This document shows, in pieces, positions 25,903 through 32,697 of a DNA stretch of 32,697 bases; the first letter of the stretch is position 1, and every line of letters starts with the position of its first letter. Source of the DNA: Minisyncoccota bacterium (GTDB lineage: Bacteria > Patescibacteriota > Minisyncoccia > Phycocordibacterales > GCA-2747955); NCBI GenBank assembly GCA_020629435.1, contig JAHDDI010000003.1:24075-56771 (forward strand). Direction: 5' to 3'. A program made the translations under genes and the position numbers. Under the pieces are notes generated by a model, which was not told where the DNA came from, did no database searches, and saw only the letters and a list, made by a program, of their open reading frames with translations.

Positions 25903-26457
25903 ATGAAATCTGAATCAAATAAATCGTGGATCAGAGAATTAACAGAATTCTTTATCTTGTTGTTCGTAATTATTATCCCCTTTAGAATATATGTCGCTGA
26001 ACCGTATATAGTTTCTGGTATTTCCATGTCAGAAACCTATGAAACTGGACATTATTTGATAATAAACAAATTCTGGCACAAACTGTCAGATATTGATCGT
26101 GGCGATGTTTTAGTGTTTCGATCTCCAAATGATGATAATAAATTTTATATTAAAAGAGTAATCGGATTACCCGGAGAAACTGTTTCGATATCAAACACTG
26201 TCGTAACTATTAGTCCCGAAGATGGCTCAGACCCCTTCGTTCTCGAAGAACCCTACATTAAAAACCCTACATATGCAGAGGTGAGCCTGACATTATCAGA
26301 ACAAGAGTATTTTATGATGGGTGACAACAGGGAAAATAGTTACGATTCGCGCGCGTGGGGTCCACTGAACGAAACTGCTATTAGAGGTGAACCCGTCATG
26401 CGACTATTCCCTTTTACAGACATTAATCTTTTACCAGGTAGATACCAACAATACTAA
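25903..26457 (+). CDS. lepB: Signal peptidase I
   Basis: TM anchor, VSGISM (catalytic Ser), RGDVLVF, YIKRVIGLPGE (catalytic Lys) and MGDNRENSYDSR.WG. Confidence 0.93.
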   Translation: MKSESNKSWIRELTEFFILLFVIIIPFRIYVAEPYIVSGISMSETYETGHYLIINKFWHKLSDIDRGDVLVFRSPNDDNKFYIKRVIGLPGETVSISNTVVTISPEDGSDPFVLEEPYIKNPTYAEVSLTLSEQEYFMMGDNRENSYDSRAWGPLNETAIRGEPVMRLFPFTDINLLPGRYQQY

Positions 26458-26469
26458 TACACATTTTTT

Positions 26470-27603
26470 ATGGCTACAAAAAAACAACAAACTCCAAAAC
26501 CAAAAAATAACGCTGAGCATACTGCGTTTCACTATGGTTTTGATTTAGTAGAAATTAAAGAAACAGCTGGTGCAAACACTAAAGGGCAACGTGCCGAAGA
26601 AGAAAAAGTAAAGGTGCTAAAATACTACAGCAGTGACAACGACCTGAAACGTGAAATACCCAAATCAATGATGTTTTACAATAAACCATTGATAAAAGAA
26701 AAAGATGGAAAAAAATCAGCCAATACTATTGGGCTTGATTTAATTGGGGTGGACAATGCTTTGGCCGAAGCATTAGTTATTCAGACTGCACTTTCTATTT
26801 TAAAAGACGAAGGATACAAAGATTTATCTATTGAAATTAATTCAATCGGAGACAAAGATTCTGTTAAGCGATTTGAAAAAGAACTAGTTGCGTATTACAA
26901 AACACGGACGGATGACTTGAAATCTATTGAAAAGAAAAAAATTAATGCTGATCATGTTATGGAGTTGTTTACTTCTGACAAAGATTATATGCAAGAAATA
27001 AATGCAGACGCACCAAAACCTATCTACTTCCTGTCTGATAGCAGCTCTGCTCACTTTAAAGAAGTATTAGAATTTTTAGAAGAAATCAATACTCCATACA
27101 ATATTTCAGATTCATTGATTGGTGATAAAAATTATTTCTCAAAAGTTATCTTTGTGATTAAGGGAAGAATCGGTAAAGAAAAAGAATCAAAAGTACTAGC
27201 CCGCGGTGGACGGTACGACGAATTAGCCGGAGAAGTAACACGTAAAAGAAAGATTGCTGCAGTTGGATTATCAATGGACTTTAAAGCAAAAACTAAAAAA
27301 CCAACCACTAAAGCAACAGATGTTAGCATTCATTTAATTAAGATTGGGTTTAATGCAAAACTAAAATCACTAGAAATTATGGAGGCAATGAAATCTGTTG
27401 GTGCTCCACTCAACCATAGCCTGGACGAGAAAAAGATATCTCACCAAATTGAACATGCCGTAGAAAACGACGCATCATACGCACTAATTGTGGGCCAAAG
27501 AGAAGCAAACAACGGAAAAGTTCTGGTTCGAAACATGGAAACCAGCGCACAAGATGAGATAAAAATAGAGGACCTGGCAAAATACATGAAAAAATTAATG
27601 TAA
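26470..27603 (+). CDS. Histidyl-tRNA synthetase-like protein with a degenerate catalytic core and an intact anticodon-binding domain
   Basis: Recognisable YGF, INSIG, HF..V..L, GGRYD.L, AVG.S and ALIVG..E..V.VRNM..Q; class II motif 2 and RGLDYY are not recognisable. Confidence 0.75.
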   Translation: MATKKQQTPKPKNNAEHTAFHYGFDLVEIKETAGANTKGQRAEEEKVKVLKYYSSDNDLKREIPKSMMFYNKPLIKEKDGKKSANTIGLDLIGVDNALAEALVIQTALSILKDEGYKDLSIEINSIGDKDSVKRFEKELVAYYKTRTDDLKSIEKKKINADHVMELFTSDKDYMQEINADAPKPIYFLSDSSSAHFKEVLEFLEEINTPYNISDSLIGDKNYFSKVIFVIKGRIGKEKESKVLARGGRYDELAGEVTRKRKIAAVGLSMDFKAKTKKPTTKATDVSIHLIKIGFNAKLKSLEIMEAMKSVGAPLNHSLDEKKISHQIEHAVENDASYALIVGQREANNGKVLVRNMETSAQDEIKIEDLAKYMKKLM

Positions 27604-27623
27604 GAATATTATTTACAACAACA

Positions 27624-27649
27624 AAAACCGCGCAATGCGGTTTTGTTTT
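27624..27649 (+). terminator. Intrinsic terminator after the HisRS-like gene
   Basis: aaaaccgc-gcaat-gcggttttgtttt. Confidence 0.7.
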
Positions 27650-27749
27650 GGCTATGTTTTTGGGCATCTCAATCCTACACAAGCAACTTATTATATTATT
27701 TGCTTCGGTTTTTTTATTATTAACTTTTTGGAATATATATCCATGTATC

Positions 27750-28037
27750 CTCACTCTGTTCTATACAAAATAGCTTTTTTCAGTATCTTTTTTTGTCCGT
27801 TATTCAAACACTACTAGCTTCGACCAAACTACCTGTTGGTCTGCAGATAGTGTTTGGAATAAAGGACGGAGGTGTTATTCAGTTCCGATTATGTAATTTA
27901 GCTTGAGGTTCAAGTACAATTTTAATACTGTATTAATTCCACCGTTACAACTTTTCTTGAACCCCTGCAGACGAGACGATTAGATGGTTTTTTCCTTCAG
28001 GCAGTCTCGTCGAAGCCAGTTCAAAAAAAGTTAGTAA
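27750..28037. repeat. Structured non-coding element, copy 1 (oppositely oriented modules at 27800-27862 and 27945-28037)
   Basis: Aligns in blocks with the reverse complement of 30118-30474, with compensatory stem changes. Confidence 0.8.
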
Positions 28038-28179
28038 TAAAAAAAATTCCAAAGCAGATACTAAAAATTTTAAACAATCAAAGTGATGATGCACAAGCGC
28101 AAATGTACATATCCAAAGACTATGTCTTTACAAAACCACGCAAGCTGCAAACAAGAACCTACTTAGTCGAAAATAGACT

Positions 28180-29328
28180 TTATGCAGAAAATTTTCGAAC
28201 AGCCGAGAACAGCTTTCGGGTTAGATTTCGTAGTAGACCCCTATTTTTTGATCGCTCTTGATCCATTGCTTGAATAGCGACCCCGTAAACACTTGCCCAC
28301 CCCAGTTCACGCTCATCTGCATCTTGCCTTTTGAATGCACGAATGAGTGCCTTTCTGGTAGGTATTTTTAACACATCACGCGCCAACATATCAATATCTT
28401 GTAACATTGACCCTGCACCGCACAAAACAGCTCCTCCTGGCAAATTACCACTCTTTTCGATTGATTTTAAGTCAGCGTTTACCTTCTTAAAAATATCGAT
28501 TGTTGCTTTTTTAATTGTTGCGTGAACTTTCTCCGAACTAATTGATGCGGCAATTGGCCCTCCTAATTTAATTATTTCTGCGTCAGACACAGATATTTGA
28601 TATTCCAATGCTATGGCCTGAGTAATTGAATCACTTCCTTGTTCCAAATATCCTACATGAATTGGAGCATCGTGCTCATAAACAACATATGATGTTGCGT
28701 CGCTTCCAATATCAATCAACACACATCCTACCTTTCTATCTATGGTAGACAGCGACACTATACTAGCGCCAATAATAGCTGGTAAAAAATCTTCGGTGTC
28801 TACTTCAATCTGGTCCAGTACGTCTTCTGCTGCATCGATATTCTGACTAGCATAATTAAATAGCATTGCTTCAACATCTAATTTCTTACCCTTCATTCCT
28901 ATTGGTTCTGATACTGTTTCTTGTCCGTCCAGCTTGTAGTGCAAAATAATTGAATCTATATTTCTCTGGTTTGTTGACAGAGTTTTTTTAACTGAACGCC
29001 TGATGGATTGTTCGATATCAAATTCTGTCACAATAGAGTCACCGTGACTGACCGCAACTGGAGAAGACACAATTTTTGTTGCCATGGGTCCACCACCTGC
29101 GGTTACATATATTTCTTTTATCTGCTGACCAATTTGTTTTTCTGTTAATCGGATTGCTTTTTTGACTGCTACGTACACATCCGATTTATTGGTAATGTAT
29201 CCATTACGCACCCCTGCAGATTGTGCACTAGATCGTGCTAATAAAACAATTTTTTCATCACGCAATTGGCCCGCGACAACGCGGATTGTATTACTCCCTA
29301 TATCAATTGCTGCAATAATTTGTGACAT
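28180..29328 (-). CDS. ftsA: Cell division protein FtsA
   Basis: IDIGSNTIR, S.GVRNG.I, LDG..PIGMKG.KL, G..LIDIG and G.VL.GAGS.L. Confidence 0.85.
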   Translation of the reverse strand: MSQIIAAIDIGSNTIRVVAGQLRDEKIVLLARSSAQSAGVRNGYITNKSDVYVAVKKAIRLTEKQIGQQIKEIYVTAGGGPMATKIVSSPVAVSHGDSIVTEFDIEQSIRRSVKKTLSTNQRNIDSIILHYKLDGQETVSEPIGMKGKKLDVEAMLFNYASQNIDAAEDVLDQIEVDTEDFLPAIIGASIVSLSTIDRKVGCVLIDIGSDATSYVVYEHDAPIHVGYLEQGSDSITQAIALEYQISVSDAEIIKLGGPIAASISSEKVHATIKKATIDIFKKVNADLKSIEKSGNLPGGAVLCGAGSMLQDIDMLARDVLKIPTRKALIRAFKRQDADERELGWASVYGVAIQAMDQERSKNRGLLRNLTRKLFSAVRKFSA

Positions 29329-29333
29329 AATAA

Positions 29334-29711
29334 TTAAATACCAAATTGTTTTCTAAATTTGGACTCCAGTCTATCCATTGTAGCACCGTGGTCGTGCCCC
29401 TTCAAATGCACTAATCCGTGGACAAACAAAAATCCTACAAAATTTTCAAAAGTACGGTCAAAATTTTTATATTGTTTTTTACACACCGGCAGACAAATAA
29501 ACATTTCTCCTGTTGTGCCTGACAGTGGAAACGACAATATATTAGTTGCATAATCCTTGCCTCTACTTTCTCTATTTATTTTTCGCATCAAATGTTCTCC
29601 ACAAAAAACCAAAGATAATTCATATTTGTTACCCAACACCGCAGCGGCCATCTCGTTGTAGTTATATTTTTTAGGGAACACTGAACGAGTTGTATTTGAG
29701 ATATCTATCAT
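29334..29711 (-). CDS. ybeY: rRNA maturation endoribonuclease YbeY
   Basis: N..R.KDY.TNILSFP, GE.FI and HGLVHLKGHDH. Confidence 0.9.
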   Translation of the reverse strand: MIDISNTTRSVFPKKYNYNEMAAAVLGNKYELSLVFCGEHLMRKINRESRGKDYATNILSFPLSGTTGEMFICLPVCKKQYKNFDRTFENFVGFLFVHGLVHLKGHDHGATMDRLESKFRKQFGI

Positions 29712-29738
29712 ATCTCTAGTATACGCTAGGAGTGAGAC

Positions 29739-29772
29739 ATAAACAAAAACCCCTTGAGGGGTTTTTGTTTAT
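29739..29772. terminator. Terminator of rpsU
   Basis: Perfect stem ataaacaaaaacccc-ttga-ggggtttttgtttat. Confidence 0.78.
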
Positions 29773-29779
29773 AGTTGTA

Positions 29780-30004
29780 CTATTTAATTTTTCCCATTTT
29801 TCGAAGCATGTCTCGCTCTTCTGTTTTTTGAATCTTACGTAGAGCAATATTTTTTCGTTTTAATGCAGATGGTTTTCGTTGTTCAAATTTCTGAGATTTC
29901 AGTTTGTTAACTACTCCTGCTCCTCGAACTTTTTGAGTAAACCGTTTTAAAGTACCCAAGGTATTTTCTTTTTCTTTTTTTGTGATGTGTGCGTTTAGTG
30001 CCAT
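29780..30004 (-). CDS. rpsU: 30S ribosomal protein S21 (divergent)
   Basis: 74 aa, very basic, with the S21 pattern E..LKRF..KV..AG..F..KPS..RK. Confidence 0.75.
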   Translation of the reverse strand: MALNAHITKKEKENTLGTLKRFTQKVRGAGVVNKLKSQKFEQRKPSALKRKNIALRKIQKTEERDMLRKMGKIK

Positions 30005-30117
30005 AGTGGCCAGTAGAATAACATATTTTTATTACTACGCAATAGCTCAACAATACGTTTTGTGCTGCCTAATACTGTTTATCGTAAACTATCCTACTTC
30101 TTGTCGCGGCATATTTT

Positions 30118-30474
30118 GTTACTAACTTATTTCAAACTTGCTTCGTAGCTACTACCTGTCAGTAAATTCTTGTCCATCGTAGCTACTGCAGGGTTTGAAA
30201 TAAGTTGTGACGGTAGAATTCCTGTACCATTAGATTTTAACTAATCTTGAAATCTAATTACCAGAACAGAAGTAAGCCCTCCCACCCCTTTATTCCAAAC
30301 ACTATCCGCAGACCAAACGAACTGAATAGTTATTTCAACCAGGTAGTTTGGTCGGGCTAGTCTCACGGTTTTACAAACCTAGACTATCATGTATACAAAG
30401 CTGGTAGTGTTTGAATAAAGGCAGAAAAATTGCCGGATTAAAAGTTAGGTATGTTTTAAGTAGAATGGAGTGAG
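30118..30474. repeat. Structured non-coding element, copy 2, inverted relative to copy 1 (modules at 30118-30211 and 30287-30421)
   Basis: Perfect 14-bp stem 30124-30137/30193-30206, inner stem gtagctac/gtagctac, outer stem 30287-30304/30405-30421, and motifs shared with copy 1. Confidence 0.8.
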
Positions 30475-30522
30475 AGTGAACTAGACACATAACCCAAAAC
30501 AATACACCCATAGATTATACTT

Positions 30523-30891
30523 TTATTCAAAAAATGTCGTTTTCATTTTTTGCCAAAATGTCTTTTCTTCTTCATTAATTACAATCTCTTCGTCTTCGTC
30601 ACGTACCAAAACCAACACACGCTCCCCTTCTCTTTTGATTGCATATTTTTCAATCAAAAAATCTTGCACCCCTGTGTCAGTTTCTAATAGTTCATTTCTT
30701 GCCTGAACCTTTTCTAGTCTGGTTTCAATATTTGCCTTGCGCAACTCTAGTTCATGTAACATTGCTTGGGCTTGTTTGTGTGACAAGTAATTTCCCCATG
30801 CCCATCGAGTCACCACAAATGTCACAAAAACAACTACTCCTAAAAATAGATACTGTCTTTTTGATTTGTTTTTATTATTACGAATCGACAT
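30523..30891 (-). CDS. FtsB/DivIC-like septum formation initiator protein
   Basis: Short basic N-terminus, one TM, coiled coil, then E.Y..K.EGE.V. Start set at the ATG at 30891. Confidence 0.65.
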   Translation of the reverse strand: MSIRNNKNKSKRQYLFLGVVVFVTFVVTRWAWGNYLSHKQAQAMLHELELRKANIETRLEKVQARNELLETDTGVQDFLIEKYAIKREGERVLVLVRDEDEEIVINEEEKTFWQKMKTTFFE

Positions 30892-30962
30892 AATGTGATT
30901 ATTATACACCAAACTGCACTAAGCCATTTTGATAAAAATGAATTCTGATTTACAATAGAGAT

Positions 30963-31064
30963 ATGTACGGACCAAAATCAAAAGCAATCAAAATATTCTG
31001 GATCATTATGGGCTCATTTGTCATCCTTTCGATGGCTGCCAGCTCTCTTATTTATATAATCTAG
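30963..31064 (+). CDS. 33-aa single-pass membrane microprotein
   Basis: Not in the ORF track. MYGPKSKAIKIFWIIMGSFVILSMAASSLIYII*; TACAAT 6 nt upstream, and the stop runs into a terminator. Confidence 0.6.
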   Translation: MYGPKSKAIKIFWIIMGSFVILSMAASSLIYII

Positions 31065-31101
31065 TAAAACAAAAACCGCCTAGGCGGTTTTTGTTTTACT
31101 A
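31062..31101. terminator. Bidirectional terminator between the microprotein and lepA
   Basis: Perfect palindrome tagtaaaacaaaaaccgcc-ta-ggcggtttttgttttacta, containing both stop codons. Confidence 0.85.
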
Positions 31102-32697
31102 ATCAGATTTCATCATTTTCAAGAACACATCTTGCGGGATATTCACCTTCCCCATGTCACGCATCTTTGCTTTCCCCTTTTTCTGTTTTTCTAATAGTTT
31201 CTTTTTTCGGGTAATGTCTCCTCCGTACAATTTTGCTGTCACATCCTTACGATATGCCTTGACTGTCTTCGACGATATGATTCTCCCCATAGATTTTCCT
31301 TGGATTTTCATAACAAAGTTCTGTCGTGGCAAGACACTGTGTAATTTCTCTACTGCGGATTCAGCCTCTTCTTGGGATCTGTTTTTAGATATTACCCGTG
31401 CAAAGGCTGCCATAGGCTCATCAGCTACAATAATATCCAGCCGCGTTACGTTGGCATCACGATATTCGATTGGTTCATACGACAGTGACGCATACCCTGA
31501 CGTGGTTGATTTTAGTTCATCAAAAAAACCTCGCATCAATTCTCGCAGTGGTAATTCACCTTTTATCTCTACACGCCCGTCTCCGAAGGTGTAGTTTGAC
31601 TGTACATTACCTTCATGATGGAAAAACATTTGTGATATGACTCCAGAATATTCGTCTGGCGAAATAATTTTTGCCAATACCCATGGCTCTTGCACTGACG
31701 TTATGTCACCGTGATCCGGAAACAGCGACGGGTTGTAAATTGTTTCAGCTTCTCCATTTTTTCTAACTACCTCATATACGATGGTCGGGTGAGTGATGAT
31801 TAATTCTAAATCAAATTCACGTCGTAATCGTTCGGTCACAATTTCCATGTGCAGCATACCCAAGAAACCACAACGAAATCCCCGTCCCAATGACCCCGTT
31901 GTCTCTTCTTCAAAGGACAATGAACTGTCAGATAATTGCAGTTTTTCCAGCGCTGGTCGTAATAGTTCAAAATCATCTTGAGATTCTGGGTATAACGACG
32001 CCCACACCACAGGTTTCGGATTAGCGTATCCAGGATATGCCTCTAATGCGTTATTTCGGTATACAACAGTGTCTCCCACACTAGCAACTCCTGGCTTCTT
32101 AATTCCAGTCACAATATAACCAATCTCTCCGGCTGATAAACTGTCGGTTGGTACTTCGTCAGGTTGAAATACCCCAACCTCCATTGACTGAAATTTTTCG
32201 TTCATTATTTTAAATAATAAATCTTTGGACTTTTTTACCTGTCCATCTAATATTCGAACAAACACAATAATTCCTTTGTTGGGATGATATTTAAAGTCAA
32301 AAATAAGCGCACGTAGATCTGTGTCGTTATCATAAGTAGACTCTGGTGCTGGAACCTGTTCAATAACACGAACCAGTAATTCATCTACTCCAGCGCCTGT
32401 TTTTCCAGATGTCTCTAAGATGTCTTCTATTTCACAATCCAACAGTAGCGCCACCTCTTCTTTGATTTCATCAACACGTGATAATGGGCTATCGCATTTT
32501 GATAAGGCTGGGATAATCTTTAATCCAGCCTCTTTTGCCATGGTTAGTGTGGTCAGTGTCTGCGCCTGCACTCCTTGGGTTGCATCAACCAACAAAATTG
32601 CCCCTTCGACTGCCTTTAAGGCTCGTGATACTTCATAAGCAAAGTCGATGTGTCCTGGGGTATCAATCAGGTTCATGATGTAGTCTGAACCGTCATG
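31099..32697 (-). CDS. lepA: Elongation factor 4 (LepA), 5'-truncated by the window edge
   Basis: NLIDTPGHIDF, GFRCGFLGMLH and RKDVTAKLYGGDITRKKKLLEKQKKGK; the frame stays open to 32697. Confidence 0.96.
   Translation of the reverse strand, partial: HDGSDYIMNLIDTPGHIDFAYEVSRALKAVEGAILLVDATQGVQAQTLTTLTMAKEAGLKIIPALSKCDSPLSRVDEIKEEVALLLDCEIEDILETSGKTGAGVDELLVRVIEQVPAPESTYDNDTDLRALIFDFKYHPNKGIIVFVRILDGQVKKSKDLLFKIMNEKFQSMEVGVFQPDEVPTDSLSAGEIGYIVTGIKKPGVASVGDTVVYRNNALEAYPGYANPKPVVWASLYPESQDDFELLRPALEKLQLSDSSLSFEEETTGSLGRGFRCGFLGMLHMEIVTERLRREFDLELIITHPTIVYEVVRKNGEAETIYNPSLFPDHGDITSVQEPWVLAKIISPDEYSGVISQMFFHHEGNVQSNYTFGDGRVEIKGELPLRELMRGFFDELKSTTSGYASLSYEPIEYRDANVTRLDIIVADEPMAAFARVISKNRSQEEAESAVEKLHSVLPRQNFVMKIQGKSMGRIISSKTVKAYRKDVTAKLYGGDITRKKKLLEKQKKGKAKMRDMGKVNIPQDVFLKMMKSD

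Noticed and set aside
27410-27817. ORFs 27410..27754 (-) and 27635..27817 (+)
   Set aside because: One overlaps the HisRS-like gene in antisense and crosses its terminator. The other starts inside the terminator and is low-complexity T-rich sequence. Neither has recognisable motifs.
29739-29772. Resemblance of cttgaggggttttt to the phage T7 terminator (vector contamination)
   Set aside because: Only a short core matches. The hairpin is a self-contained palindrome positioned as the native rpsU terminator.
27800-30421. Structured module as a CRISPR array, hammerhead ribozyme, SRP RNA or integron attC site
   Set aside because: There is no tandem direct repeat-spacer periodicity and no cas gene. 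CUGCA..GAAG resembles but does not match the hammerhead CUGANGA..GAAA three-way core. CAGG..AGC lacks the SRP GNRA-capped short stem. There are no proper RYYYAAC/GTTRRRY boxes.
94-32638. Many 60-170 aa ORFs antisense or out of frame to well-supported genes (e.g. 8887..9390, 16781..17239, 31154..31594)
   Set aside because: These are shadow ORFs of conserved genes, with no independent motifs or expression signals.

Overview
AT-rich bacterial chromosomal segment that looks like Patescibacteria/CPR (Parcubacteria-like). This placement is inferred from a VirB2/TrbC-like pilin array, a compact type IV pilus locus, divergent S21 and L13, and near-absent Shine-Dalgarno signals. From left to right it carries: three tandem HD-hydrolase paralogs with an alkyltransferase-like gene; an HTTM gene pair; murC/murD; tRNA-Ile(GAT); the infA-rpmJ-rpsM-rpsK-rpsD-rpoA-rplQ-rplM-rpsI cluster; a GC-rich foreign-looking LysR gene; rseP; frr; an ATP-cone nuclease; pilN/O/P-like-pilB-patatin-pilT; six pilin-like paralogs; a solute-binding protein; a methyltransferase; pth; lepB; a degenerate HisRS paralog; ftsA; ybeY; rpsU; an FtsB-like gene; and partial lepA. 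The most striking unexplained signal is a pair of diverged ~300-360 bp non-coding elements (27750-28037 and 30118-30474) in inverted orientation around rpsU-ybeY-ftsA. Each holds two oppositely oriented copies of one structured module: stem-CYGCA-stem-~20 nt variable loop-CAGGYA-stem-GAAGC-stem, with compensatory base changes. Other notable points are an RpoA lacking its C-terminal domain and pervasive -10 boxes 6-10 nt upstream of start codons, suggesting leaderless expression. All calls were made by eye without database searches.
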